The notes under the pieces are model-generated. The model was not told the DNA's origin. It saw only the letters and a program-made list of their open reading frames with translations, and ran no database searches. From the IMG/VR virus record IMGVR_UViG_3300033121_001394, positions 1 to 64,000 of that record: a stretch of DNA of 64,000 nt. One strand, written 5' to 3'. The stretch is from a virus (taxonomy: Duplodnaviria; Caudoviricetes). Positions 48,266 to 58,974 of this stretch are shown piece after piece. How positions within the stretch are numbered: the first letter of the stretch is position 1; each line of letters starts with the position of its first letter. Position numbers and translations under genes: made by a program.

Positions 48266-50766
48266 GGTATAGGATTTCTATTTGGTTCATAAATACCGCT
48301 AATAGAAGGAATTACTATTCCTCCAATATAACTTCCTTCTCTTGATGCTTCTTCATAAAGTTTTTGTATCCGTTCTGGAGTAATCGCTTTTTCAATCGGA
48401 GGAATTCCCTGTAATTTTTCAATTTCTTTTCCTTGTCTAGCAAAACCTGTATAAATATTAGTAATTTTATCAAATAAAACTTTAGATAATTTATTAGCAG
48501 GAACCGCAAAAGTTCTTATAGAATAATTAGTAGAAAATCCATCCGGACCAAATTGACAAGAAGCAGAAGTAATCTGTGAACTTGTTGCTACTGAATCTGC
48601 TAAATTAAATGGTGGTAAACCTGCAATATTTAAATCGGCACTATCTATTACCGTAGAATCAGCTATTGATCTATTCACTAAAGTAGTACCCGCAGTATTA
48701 AAACCAGATACTCCACCGTAAGTCCAAGGTGCTAAAGAACTATCTTGAATAATACGTATCCCACCACAACGAATACCAGATGCTATAAAACCACCAAAAT
48801 TCTTTTCGGTTCGTCTTAAAGCAATAAAAAAACCATATATATCAGAAGAATACGGAGGAGCAAAAAGTCTGGGGCTAGCTAAACCATATTTTAGATTTTC
48901 ATCTATGTTTTGTAACATATTGTAATCTTTAATATTTTGATTAGTAAAACCAGCATATTTTAAAAAGTCATAGTAATATTTATTTCCTTTATAAATAGTT
49001 CCTGATGTTACTCCTTCAATTGGAAAAGATAGATTGGCAATAAATTGCGTAGGATTTTTATCATATTTTTCCAAACTTACTGGAACAACTAATTTACTAT
49101 TTTGTTCAACTAAGAAATTTTCTCGTTCATAATTACTAAGATCAACTGGATACGGAAAATTAGTATTATCAACTTGTGTTCTAAAATTAGGAATACTTAA
49201 AAAACTCTTAATTTTACCAACTTCGTCTCTAAAAACAGGATTGTTAGTAGAAGATAACACAGCGTGATTAAGAGTAACACCACTAGGTAAAGAACGTCCC
49301 GGTTCAGACCAAGCAGAATCCGATGCTTCAAATTCTAAACGCGGCACTAATTCAGAAGAATCATAATCACCATTGTTATACCATGTTGAACTATCTACAG
49401 TTAATAACCAACTTTTGCCCCAATATTGCTCCGCAGTACGTCTAGTAGCATCATAAACAGCCCTTACTACTTCTTCTCGTAAAGGATCTCTATCAGTAAT
49501 TTGATAACCTAAAACGGTCATTGCTATAGAATTTCTAATACCAGAATTAGTAACGGCAAAATCATTAGCCCTTAGGAATCTTTCTCTTTGCATTCCAAGG
49601 CCGCTGGCAAAAACTGGTTGTTCACTGGTTAAAACTTCTTCCCACGATTCTTGATTAAATAAAGCCGCCCTCATCACATTACTACTAGCATAGTAGCCAG
49701 AAACAGTAATAGTTGTTGCTGCTTTAATTAGTCGAGGAGGGTAAACTCCCTGAGGGGTTTTAGAAATAGTTACAGTTGGTAAGGATATAGTACTATTAAT
49801 CCATTGACTACCTGATCCTGTAATATGATCTAATAAAATAACCCCGGATAAAAAACTTGTTGATTTAGTAATAGCAGTGCCATCTGAAGTTTTACCCCAA
49901 TAACATTGTATATCGGTACTTTGAGGAAAACCCCAATATTCTACAGACGGACCTAAAGCTATAGATGTAGTAGGATCTGTACGTAATTCTTGTCCTCTTT
50001 TATATGAAGTTAACACTCCGCTATTTCTAGCATTAACAACAAATCCAGAAATTTCACTCGGATCACTCAGTGTGTTTCGATAAATATGTTTAATATATAA
50101 AGTATTAAGAGTGCCAGTTGGATTAAAATTTGTGTAATCTACTTCGGCATAATAATCCATACCAAAATCTTGACTTACTTGTTGTAATAATTGTTCTAAA
50201 CTTATTTCTGACGCATTTATTCTATACCAATATGGTATTCCCGATGGATTTACAGAACCGCTTGAATCCATAAAACCGCTAGAAAATTGTAATAAAAATT
50301 TATTACCATAAGCATTAATAATACCTGTTGTAGATAAAAAATTACGAATTTTAGAAAAAGTCATCCCATCTTTAGTACAATCAGCCTCTTGGGGACTGCC
50401 ATAATATCTAAAAACATTAAAATAATTGTCTAAAGCTATTCCTGTAGACAATCCTTGACCGTTTAAATTTAAAGGTATATTACCAAATAAGAATCTTGGG
50501 TCGGCGGCCCTTACAGAATATGTTTTACCATTTTGTCCAAAATTTTCTGTCCAACCCTGAATAATTCCGCCAAACTTTAAACTACCTAACGTAAAAGATA
50601 ATAATTTACCCGGATATGCAGAATTAAAATCAAAAGCTTGATCGTTTTCAGTAACTAAATCAAATTCAAAAGTAGTTGGGCTACTATTTAAGCCTAAAGT
50701 AGCAGATAATCTTTGAAGATATCCACTTAAAAGAATAGTGGGAGAAGTAATATTTTGTTGAAACAT
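48262..50766 (-). CDS. Putative tail tip / baseplate hub protein
   Basis: Second gene downstream of the tape measure; 834 aa; beta-rich N-terminus. Confidence 0.45.
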   Translation of the reverse strand: MFQQNITSPTILLSGYLQRLSATLGLNSSPTTFEFDLVTENDQAFDFNSAYPGKLLSFTLGSLKFGGIIQGWTENFGQNGKTYSVRAADPRFLFGNIPLNLNGQGLSTGIALDNYFNVFRYYGSPQEADCTKDGMTFSKIRNFLSTTGIINAYGNKFLLQFSSGFMDSSGSVNPSGIPYWYRINASEISLEQLLQQVSQDFGMDYYAEVDYTNFNPTGTLNTLYIKHIYRNTLSDPSEISGFVVNARNSGVLTSYKRGQELRTDPTTSIALGPSVEYWGFPQSTDIQCYWGKTSDGTAITKSTSFLSGVILLDHITGSGSQWINSTISLPTVTISKTPQGVYPPRLIKAATTITVSGYYASSNVMRAALFNQESWEEVLTSEQPVFASGLGMQRERFLRANDFAVTNSGIRNSIAMTVLGYQITDRDPLREEVVRAVYDATRRTAEQYWGKSWLLTVDSSTWYNNGDYDSSELVPRLEFEASDSAWSEPGRSLPSGVTLNHAVLSSTNNPVFRDEVGKIKSFLSIPNFRTQVDNTNFPYPVDLSNYERENFLVEQNSKLVVPVSLEKYDKNPTQFIANLSFPIEGVTSGTIYKGNKYYYDFLKYAGFTNQNIKDYNMLQNIDENLKYGLASPRLFAPPYSSDIYGFFIALRRTEKNFGGFIASGIRCGGIRIIQDSSLAPWTYGGVSGFNTAGTTLVNRSIADSTVIDSADLNIAGLPPFNLADSVATSSQITSASCQFGPDGFSTNYSIRTFAVPANKLSKVLFDKITNIYTGFARQGKEIEKLQGIPPIEKAITPERIQKLYEEASREGSYIGGIVIPSISGIYEPNRNPIP

Positions 50767-52847
50767 TAAGCACCTACGCCTGTGGCAACAATATTAAGAT
50801 TTGTGGTAAAAAGTCCATTTTTCCAATCCCAATTTTCAGTTTTGCCCACAATAAACCATCCGCTATTATATACCCCTAAGTCAGCAACACCACTTGCAAC
50901 ATATCCAGAAGCAATGGCTCTAGGAGTATTTCTATCGGTAAATGCCCAATAGCCTCCGGCTTTGGGGTACATGGTAAGGGTAACATTAAGAGTTCTACGA
51001 TATTCAGTTTTTGTTCCAATATTTTGAATAATGGGACCAGAAGAACGCCCCGGAATGATTTGTATAGCAATAACATCTTGTGGATAAGTTTCATCAATAG
51101 TCATGTCAGCAACAGCTACCTGAGAATTTATAGGTGCTAATGTATTATTAAATGTGTAACTATATCCGATAGATCCGCCCGGACGATTTACGGTAACATT
51201 TTTACTTACAACTCTACTATTTAAATTAGGCGTTGTCCCACCCAATTTTGAATATTCACCACTTGCTCTTGCAAAAAGCAAACCCTGAATAGTATTCCAT
51301 CCAGTTTCCGCATTAGAAAATCGAGTATTAGGATTATCATTACTAGCAACTCCTTGTATAGTACCATTCACAGTAACCGTGCAACCATATCCAGCCGTAG
51401 TTGATGTATTATTTTGAGAAGATAAATCAACTGTATAATTATCTAAATAACTTCCATCAACAGAACCAGTCGTAAGGAAATTGTAGCCAAAAGAGTAGTT
51501 AATACTACCTAAAGGTTTATTATAGGAGATAGATTTATTAATGGGCACACTGCTATAATTACCACTGCTGTTTGTAGAACCAAAAAGGGTGCCGCCATAG
51601 GCAAAGGCTAAATCCCTAAACAAGGGTTGTAATATCTGATAGCCACTAACAGCGTTGGCAAAACGCTCATTATTCATTTGATAAAAACTATCGTCTGTTA
51701 TTCCTTGAATTGTTCCATTAATAGTAACGATGGGAACATCGTTACCAAAAGTAAAGGAAACATCATAATTATGACGGTAAATACTACCACTCATATTTAC
51801 AAAGTTCATAGAATAATCAATTGTACCTAAATTTTGATTTTCTGTATAATTTGTAGTAACAGGACTACCATATGCTCCAACTTGGGCAGCCAGTAAACCG
51901 CTTCGTAAATTCCAATAGGTTTGGGCAGCGATTAGTTTATTAGCAGGGATATTATCTGGGTCTAATCCTTGAATGTTACCATTAGCAGTAATTCTTTCTA
52001 TCGTTGGCCCATTATCTTCATCTAATGGATATTCAGTGGTTTTTTGCACATTTACTTGTTCAATATAAGTACGATTACTCATTATAAAACGTTGAGCAAT
52101 TGAATATGATCCGCCCACTTTGTCTATAGCTTCCTCAGTAATTAAATTATACTTACCAGTGGGGCTAACTCCAGTGGGGAGATTAAAATAGTTAATTTCC
52201 ATTCCTACGGAGTTAATACGCCCACTAACCCAAACCTTGGCGTTTCGCCATGCTTCTTGTCCTAAAATCGCCCCACTGACATAGTTGGTAAAACCTACAG
52301 CAGAGACATTACGAGACACTTCTATAATGTCTGAACCATCATCTCTTTCTTTAATATTCCAAGTGTCAGAAACGCTACTTAAAAATAGACCGGAAGCCGA
52401 GAGGGGAATTATATCCTCGTAGGGCACAGTGCCGCTACGATTAAATGTCTTAGCTTCTAATTCTATAGAGTATTTAGAGAGGGTTGTCCAAGTACCCGGC
52501 TCAAAAGAAATACTACGCAATATAGGATAAGTTTCTACGCGGGTAAGCCCACTTGGAAAATAAGATAGTTTGAACCCCGGAGTTGTTAGGGCCTCTCGCA
52601 ATAATTCTTGTTTTGCAAGCAAAGCATCATGTTGTTCAAGATCAGTATTAAATACTTCATTAGCAGGATCAGCAACACCAGTGGCAAAACCTGTTGAAGT
52701 TGGCGAACCCCGTTCTGGCAATAAAGTACCCTGTAAACTTATTCTGTAGTTTGAGTTTAAAGGTCGTCCATCAGGTGTAAAATTACATTCTTTATTAAAA
52801 CTAATAAAGGGAGCAGGTATAAGTTTTTTATTATCAATTAAAATCAA
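50766..52847 (-). CDS. Putative distal tail / hub protein with internal ~100-aa repeats
   Basis: Immediately downstream of the tape measure; recurring (V/I)TxNG(T/N)IQG and G(S/T)IxYS motifs. Confidence 0.5.
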   Translation of the reverse strand: MILIDNKKLIPAPFISFNKECNFTPDGRPLNSNYRISLQGTLLPERGSPTSTGFATGVADPANEVFNTDLEQHDALLAKQELLREALTTPGFKLSYFPSGLTRVETYPILRSISFEPGTWTTLSKYSIELEAKTFNRSGTVPYEDIIPLSASGLFLSSVSDTWNIKERDDGSDIIEVSRNVSAVGFTNYVSGAILGQEAWRNAKVWVSGRINSVGMEINYFNLPTGVSPTGKYNLITEEAIDKVGGSYSIAQRFIMSNRTYIEQVNVQKTTEYPLDEDNGPTIERITANGNIQGLDPDNIPANKLIAAQTYWNLRSGLLAAQVGAYGSPVTTNYTENQNLGTIDYSMNFVNMSGSIYRHNYDVSFTFGNDVPIVTINGTIQGITDDSFYQMNNERFANAVSGYQILQPLFRDLAFAYGGTLFGSTNSSGNYSSVPINKSISYNKPLGSINYSFGYNFLTTGSVDGSYLDNYTVDLSSQNNTSTTAGYGCTVTVNGTIQGVASNDNPNTRFSNAETGWNTIQGLLFARASGEYSKLGGTTPNLNSRVVSKNVTVNRPGGSIGYSYTFNNTLAPINSQVAVADMTIDETYPQDVIAIQIIPGRSSGPIIQNIGTKTEYRRTLNVTLTMYPKAGGYWAFTDRNTPRAIASGYVASGVADLGVYNSGWFIVGKTENWDWKNGLFTTNLNIVATGVGA

Positions 52848-55800
52848 GTTGTGGTTCCTATAGAAGCTAAAATCTTACTGGAAACTTCTGGGTCAGATCT
52901 AAAAACTTCTGCTAGTTTTGCGGAAATATTTTTTAAAATACTAGCTTGTAAAGTTGGTCCAACCATTGCTAAAACATCAGGAGCCGCAAGTGCTACATTA
53001 ACTTGTACCGGAGCAATCTCTAAAGAATTAGATTTCTCAGCCAAAGATTCTAATTTACTTACAATATTATTCCCAATATCAACTAATGTTGAAGAATTAT
53101 CTGAAATCATGCTCAATTTATTTAAAGATTCATTTCCTCCATCAAAAGATTGATCCATAAATACTTTTTGTGGTTTATCAGTAAATAATTGATCTAAAAT
53201 CTTTCTAATATCAGTTAGTGGTTCTAATTGAGTATCAATTGATCGTAATAAAGGAATTTGTTCCTGATAAAATTCTTGTTCTAAAGGAATTAGAGAAGCT
53301 TGGGCTTTAAGAAGATTAATTTGATCATTGCGTAATTGTTTTTCTAAATTGGCTGAATCTTGAGCTTGTTGCTTTAAATCGGCCAATTGTTGTGCGACAT
53401 TACCCCTTTCATCTTTACCAGTAAAAGCTGATTTGAGGCGAGCCACCGTTTCAATACCAATTTTTTCTTGAATATTACCTAATAAAGCCGAACCAGTAAT
53501 ACCATTACCTAATTCAACATTACCAATAAGATTTAAACCCTGTTGAACTTGATCAAATTCTTTGCGATTTAATTTATTCAAAGCCCCTGTTGGATTTTGC
53601 AAACCATCTAAAGCCGCAAATTTATTAATTGATTTAAATATATTTTTAATATCTTTGTCTGCTAAACCAGAAATAGTTTGACCCGCACTACGTAAGTCAT
53701 TTCGTAAAGTAGTAAAAGCTTCTTTTAAAATATCAGTTGCTTGAGCCGCACTAGCAATACGAGTATCAAATTCTGCTAATCTCTGATTAGCCTCTTGTTG
53801 TTTATTGACAAATTCAATATTAGCTTGGTTTGCACTTTCTGCAAATCCTTTTTTAGCTTCAAAAGATATATCACTTCCTTGGCCTAATCTATTAAATTTA
53901 ACTTCTCTATTACGAACTTTAGCTGAATTTTGTAAATCATTAATAAATGAATTGTTTGAATCAAAAGATGTAGTCTGAGCAGCTTGAGTTAAAGTCCGAG
54001 CATTTGCTACCCCAGAACGTAAAACTCCAACATTAGCAAAAAATTGTGTATTTTGAGCGTTTCTAAGTGCCCCAGAATTTTGCAAACTCTTAATTCTAGC
54101 GTTTAAATCAAATAATGCTTGATTAGATTGACGTGCAGCACTTGCTAAATCATTTTCAAGTTTTAATTTTTGATTTTCAACTTCAATACTATTAAGAACA
54201 GCTTGACGTGCTTTTTCTTGAATAGCAATTAATTCAGACTGATTATCTTTGAGGAAGGAAGTAATATCATTAGATTTAAATAAATCAGTAAATAAATCAG
54301 TAAAACTCTTCCCACTAACAATTTTTAGAGTTTCAAAAACATCTTGAAATTGATTACTAAATTCAGTACGAATTTTATTATCATTAAATAACTCGCCAAC
54401 GACTTCCGCAAAAGATTTTTCTCCAATAACGGTATTGCTAGGCACTACTTCATTAGTTCCAGTGCGATTTAAAGTAAATTGTCTAAAAATACCTCGAATA
54501 TTATCTTTAGATAAAAAGGTTGCCAAATTTTGAGCGGTATTTGTTAGTTCAGCATTAAAACGATTAAACGAATCAAGTCCTGCGGACTTGAAGAAAGAGG
54601 AAGAATTAGTGGGCACTTTGACTTGTGCTTGAGCATTAATATCAGAACTAAATCCAGCTAATCTATCTAGATTCTTACTAATACTGTTCGTTATTTTTTC
54701 AAAACTATTATTAACTTTAAGAATTAAATTCTTAAAAGGATCTTCTAACGAATTAAAAATTTCATCAATAAATTTTTTGATTTCTGAAGTTGTTATATTT
54801 AATTTAGCTAATATTGTATTAATTGTTCCTTCTACATCTTTAGCATTTTTAACAATAGATAAAGATCCAATTTGTTTTTTCAAATCTTCTACTGCTGATT
54901 TTTGAATCAAGGCAGCATTGGCATTTGGACCTAAATTTTTAACAGCTTTATCAATAGCATTATTTCGAATAAGACGTAACGTATTATTAAAAGTATCAAT
55001 TAATTTGATATCTAAAATACTAGAAGGTTTATCCCCGTTAGGTAAATTGCCACTTAACAAGTTACTAAAACTTTCTGGTCTATTAATAGGAGAACGATCA
55101 AAAAATACACTTGATGCTTTACGAATTAATCGAGGAGTATTGTCAAAAAACTCTTGAATTCCTGATTTTGAGGGATTTAATAATTGATTACCAGCAAGTT
55201 CCAATTTTGCCAAAGGATCTTTAGCTCTATCCAAATTGATAGAAATCAAATTTTGGGTATTTTCTTTGATAGCACTAGTTAAACTTAAAATAGTAGCAGT
55301 TAAACCACCAACAATAGCACCGGGCACACCAAATAAACTACCTCCTAAAACTGCTCCTCCTACTCCAGAAGTAATAGCACTACCAACATTTGTTGTTTTT
55401 AAATTATTGGTGATATTTTTTTCAGGAATAATATTTGATAAAGAACTAGAAATTGCTGTAGCACCACCAACAATTAATGGTAAAGAATCAATTAAATTTT
55501 CTTTAGAGAGTAAAGATCGTTTATTAGTAGCATCTTTTTTACCAAATACTTGAGTTAAACCGCTTCGAAAATTAGATGTAAATTTAGGTAAAACACTAGC
55601 TGATACAATACCAACAAATAAGGGGGCCAATGGAACTAAAATCTTACTTAGTCTTGTAAATTCAATAGCAAGATTAGCTACATCTTTAATAAGAGATTTT
55701 ATAGAATCTGTTTGAAAAAATTCAATAACAAAGTCGGATACAGATTCTTTGAGTCTATTAAATGAAATACCTACATCGTCAATACGTTTAACAATACTTT

Positions 55801-57844
55801 TATCAAAAGAACCATTAATAGATTCTAAAGTTTTATCAATATCACTTTTTCCACCACCTAAAGTTTTTTGACGCTGTTTTTCTAGTTCTCGTAGGGTAGC
55901 AATTAATCGTGATACCTGACGATCACCTGTTAATTGTTGAGCAATATTATTAATCTGTTTAGAATTAAAACGAGAATCAATAGAAAATAATATTTTAGAT
56001 AATTGTCTAAATTGATCAACTACTCCTTTATCTACATCGACACCTAAACTACTAAGTAATTTTTGTGAACGAGGATTAAGTAATTGGGTGACACCACTCT
56101 TAAAAAACGTACCTAAAGTTTCAGCAGTTTCACGGGTTGAAGAACGTAGTAATGAAAAGAGTTCAACGAATTCTTTTAAAGAACCGTTTGATTGAGCAAA
56201 GACTGCACCACCTCTTTTAACAGCTTCGAAAATGTCACCTGATTCAACGGCAAAATCAGCAGCAAACTGATTTACAGTATCTAAAATTTCACCAGTGTCA
56301 TCTAATCCTTTGTTAAACTGACCAAAAATAGCAATTAAACCTTCGGTTGTTGATTTTAAATCACCAAAGGTAGCCGCAAGTGGTACTTTTGCTAAATCGG
56401 TAGCAACTTTTCTAAGTTGATCTGGACTATTAAAACCGGCCTGTGCAAACGTTTGGACTGCATCAGCAATGTCAGTAATTGAAGTACCCGTTATAACACC
56501 GGCGTTACGAACGGAGTCTCCAATATCTTTTAATTGAGCCTGAGTTGAAGTAGTAACCTGTTCAACTTTAGTCATTGCCGCTTCAAACTTTAAAGCCTCT
56601 TGTGTGGCATTTTGGAATGCACTAACAATTCTAACAATACCAAAGGAGCCAACAAGGAATGCCCCGTAACGTTTAAATGCCAATGCCGCCGCACCGCCGA
56701 ATCCTTCAATTCCACCTTGGGCAGCTTTAGCATTTTTTTCTACTTCTTTTAAATCAGATTTTAATTGTCTAGCATCTCTTATTAATTGTTGATTAGCAAC
56801 TCTAGTGTTTTTATCTTTTATTTGACTACTGGCAATATCTCCAGCATTAGCACTAACAAATCGTTGAAATTTTGGATCAACTTGAACTCCTAAACTTTTA
56901 GCTTTAGCTAAAAGATCATTAAGTCGCTCTTGGCGAGCAACCACTTTTGCCGTTTCTTTTTCTAATTGTTTCTCAGCCGCAACATTTGCCCTACGTTGTG
57001 CCTCTTCTGCTTTCCCTCTTTGTTCAATAGCACCCACAAATTTATCTGCTTCAAACTTCCGTTCTCTTTGTTTATCAGCGATAATTCTATCAGCAGTATC
57101 ATCTACAATTTTTCTTTTTTCCGCTTCATTTTTTGCTTGTTTTCTTTTCGTTTCCTCGGCAATTTTAATTTCTGCCTCTTGTCTCGCTTTCGCAGCAGCT
57201 AAAGTTGATTGTAAATCTAATTCTCTATTTCTTGCTTGTTCCGAAGCATATTTATTATAAGCATCAGAAATTGCTTTTTCTCGTAACTTATTATTACGAA
57301 TTTCATCATCAGTAATTGCTTTATTTGTTTTTTTCGCTGTATCTTCTAAATCTTTTAAACCCTGATTTAAATTAGATATAAATTGGGCTTTAGCAATTTT
57401 ATTAGCAGGACTATTAAAAATATCTGAAGAAAATATAGCCTTCAAAGTTGCTTGTGCTTGTTTGACTTGTTCTTCATTACCCGAAGCAAGACGGGATAAA
57501 ACTCCTCTTGCAACACGCTCTAAATTAAGCATGGCTTTAGAAGCATTTTGTGCCCCGGCTGGCAAAGCCTCAGTAAAACTAGAAACTACTGGATTCGCTG
57601 CCCCAAACACCTTTTTAAGTCTTGTGACCGTATCAACTAACTCTCCAAAACCAATATTGGTACTTTTAATATCTTTGCTGAGTTGAGTGACATCAAAACC
57701 TTTTAAATTTATTTTTCCCAACCCCTTTTCAATTCCATCAGATACATTGCTAGCAATTTGATTAGATAACCTTGAGAATGCCTCATTGGTATTCTTGATA
57801 GAATTAATCGTAAGATCAAATGGAATATTTATATTTTGGGCCAT
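52844..57844 (-). CDS. Tail tape measure protein (TP901-family core)
   Basis: 1666 aa, helical; FEAAMTKVEQV, FAQAGF, FAADFAVESGDIFEAVKRGGAVF; located after tube and chaperone genes. Confidence 0.9.
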   Translation of the reverse strand: MAQNINIPFDLTINSIKNTNEAFSRLSNQIASNVSDGIEKGLGKINLKGFDVTQLSKDIKSTNIGFGELVDTVTRLKKVFGAANPVVSSFTEALPAGAQNASKAMLNLERVARGVLSRLASGNEEQVKQAQATLKAIFSSDIFNSPANKIAKAQFISNLNQGLKDLEDTAKKTNKAITDDEIRNNKLREKAISDAYNKYASEQARNRELDLQSTLAAAKARQEAEIKIAEETKRKQAKNEAEKRKIVDDTADRIIADKQRERKFEADKFVGAIEQRGKAEEAQRRANVAAEKQLEKETAKVVARQERLNDLLAKAKSLGVQVDPKFQRFVSANAGDIASSQIKDKNTRVANQQLIRDARQLKSDLKEVEKNAKAAQGGIEGFGGAAALAFKRYGAFLVGSFGIVRIVSAFQNATQEALKFEAAMTKVEQVTTSTQAQLKDIGDSVRNAGVITGTSITDIADAVQTFAQAGFNSPDQLRKVATDLAKVPLAATFGDLKSTTEGLIAIFGQFNKGLDDTGEILDTVNQFAADFAVESGDIFEAVKRGGAVFAQSNGSLKEFVELFSLLRSSTRETAETLGTFFKSGVTQLLNPRSQKLLSSLGVDVDKGVVDQFRQLSKILFSIDSRFNSKQINNIAQQLTGDRQVSRLIATLRELEKQRQKTLGGGKSDIDKTLESINGSFDKSIVKRIDDVGISFNRLKESVSDFVIEFFQTDSIKSLIKDVANLAIEFTRLSKILVPLAPLFVGIVSASVLPKFTSNFRSGLTQVFGKKDATNKRSLLSKENLIDSLPLIVGGATAISSSLSNIIPEKNITNNLKTTNVGSAITSGVGGAVLGGSLFGVPGAIVGGLTATILSLTSAIKENTQNLISINLDRAKDPLAKLELAGNQLLNPSKSGIQEFFDNTPRLIRKASSVFFDRSPINRPESFSNLLSGNLPNGDKPSSILDIKLIDTFNNTLRLIRNNAIDKAVKNLGPNANAALIQKSAVEDLKKQIGSLSIVKNAKDVEGTINTILAKLNITTSEIKKFIDEIFNSLEDPFKNLILKVNNSFEKITNSISKNLDRLAGFSSDINAQAQVKVPTNSSSFFKSAGLDSFNRFNAELTNTAQNLATFLSKDNIRGIFRQFTLNRTGTNEVVPSNTVIGEKSFAEVVGELFNDNKIRTEFSNQFQDVFETLKIVSGKSFTDLFTDLFKSNDITSFLKDNQSELIAIQEKARQAVLNSIEVENQKLKLENDLASAARQSNQALFDLNARIKSLQNSGALRNAQNTQFFANVGVLRSGVANARTLTQAAQTTSFDSNNSFINDLQNSAKVRNREVKFNRLGQGSDISFEAKKGFAESANQANIEFVNKQQEANQRLAEFDTRIASAAQATDILKEAFTTLRNDLRSAGQTISGLADKDIKNIFKSINKFAALDGLQNPTGALNKLNRKEFDQVQQGLNLIGNVELGNGITGSALLGNIQEKIGIETVARLKSAFTGKDERGNVAQQLADLKQQAQDSANLEKQLRNDQINLLKAQASLIPLEQEFYQEQIPLLRSIDTQLEPLTDIRKILDQLFTDKPQKVFMDQSFDGGNESLNKLSMISDNSSTLVDIGNNIVSKLESLAEKSNSLEIAPVQVNVALAAPDVLAMVGPTLQASILKNISAKLAEVFRSDPEVSSKILASIGTTT

Positions 57845-57855
57845 TAAAAACTCTT

Positions 57856-57890
57856 AAAATAAATAAAATAAGCGGGTGAAAGCCCGCTTA
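57856..57890 (-). terminator. Rho-independent terminator-like hairpin
   Basis: TAAGCGGG-CTTTCA-CCCGCTTA followed by TTTTATTTATTTT on the - strand. Confidence 0.65.
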
Positions 57891-57902
57891 TATATACACT
57901 TT
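57891..57902 (-). promoter_or_regulatory. Putative late promoter motif AAAGTGTATATA
   Basis: Intergenic, upstream of the tape measure gene, abutting the hairpin. Confidence 0.65.
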
Positions 57903-57918
57903 ATGGGCTACACCCAGT

Positions 57919-58749
57919 TTAAGAACCGGGATTTGTTATGTCACTACCATTATCTTTATGGATTACAACCGGAGATTGTAACCAAACGTCCTCAAGAGGG
58001 TTTCCCTCTTTATCAACTCGGTTGTTAAACCGATCAATATATTCCCCGGCCTCATTAATAAATCTACCTTCTAGGTCAAGCAAAATACCATCTTCAGTAA
58101 TTTGACGGCCCTTACTGTCAATAAAGTTTAACTGATTATCCATAAAACCCATCTGAATTAACCACTTATTCTCATAGAAATTCTTTTCAGCATCAAGATC
58201 AGCCCCCTGAACCTTTAGATAATTTCGAATAGCCGCATCCATTACGGGGGTCTGATCATTTTGAAAGTCCTCAAAAGTTCGCCAATACATACTACCATCT
58301 TCGGCATTCACTGTAGTAGCATAAACAAAATACTTAGTAAGCATGTTACTAGCATAAGAATCGGCAGTATTATTATAATAAGCCAAAATATTTTGACCAA
58401 TCTCACCTAAAGCATTTCGTTCAGAACGAATTTGCAGGGCAAGGGCTTTACCTTGCTCTTTAGTCATCTTTGAGCCATTCTCATTAATACCTCGGCGTAA
58501 CCGCATTTCTAAATTTTTAACCTTTTCCCTTACCTCAGCAATTTTCTTTTCTTCATTAAGAGTATTTAAAAGTCCTTTGGCTTCAAGCATGGCATCCACT
58601 TCTGGTTTTAACCAAAGGCCCTTATCCGTAGCCTCCTTTAAACCAGAAGCATAAACTCGCTGACCTTCTAAACGAAGTTTAGTAGAAATAACAAGAGACT
58701 TAAGTTTTAATTCTTTCTCACCCAACTTAACTGTAAATTCATTCTTCAT
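57919..58749 (-). CDS. Putative tail assembly chaperone
   Basis: Located just upstream of the tape measure; helical, with C-terminal heptad repeats. Confidence 0.45.
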   Translation of the reverse strand: MKNEFTVKLGEKELKLKSLVISTKLRLEGQRVYASGLKEATDKGLWLKPEVDAMLEAKGLLNTLNEEKKIAEVREKVKNLEMRLRRGINENGSKMTKEQGKALALQIRSERNALGEIGQNILAYYNNTADSYASNMLTKYFVYATTVNAEDGSMYWRTFEDFQNDQTPVMDAAIRNYLKVQGADLDAEKNFYENKWLIQMGFMDNQLNFIDSKGRQITEDGILLDLEGRFINEAGEYIDRFNNRVDKEGNPLEDVWLQSPVVIHKDNGSDITNPGS

Positions 58750-58973
58750 TTTTGATTCCTAATTGCTTTATATAACATTCTAATCTGCCCATTGCCATAA
58801 TCTAAAATGTTCTTACGAACAAGTAAATACTTTTCTAACCAAACTTTCTCATCCTCGGTCAAATCTTTATCTTCTTTATCAATTCCCCACAAATCCCCAA
58901 ATTCTTCTTCAATTTCCTCTAAAGCAAAGATAAAGGCCGACCTGATTCGTGTTTCAGCATATTTATCCAACAT
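58746..58973 (-). CDS. Small acidic helical protein
   Basis: ATGA-coupled; AGGAAG SD. Confidence 0.55.
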   Translation of the reverse strand: MLDKYAETRIRSAFIFALEEIEEEFGDLWGIDKEDKDLTEDEKVWLEKYLLVRKNILDYGNGQIRMLYKAIRNQK

Positions 58974-58974
58974 A

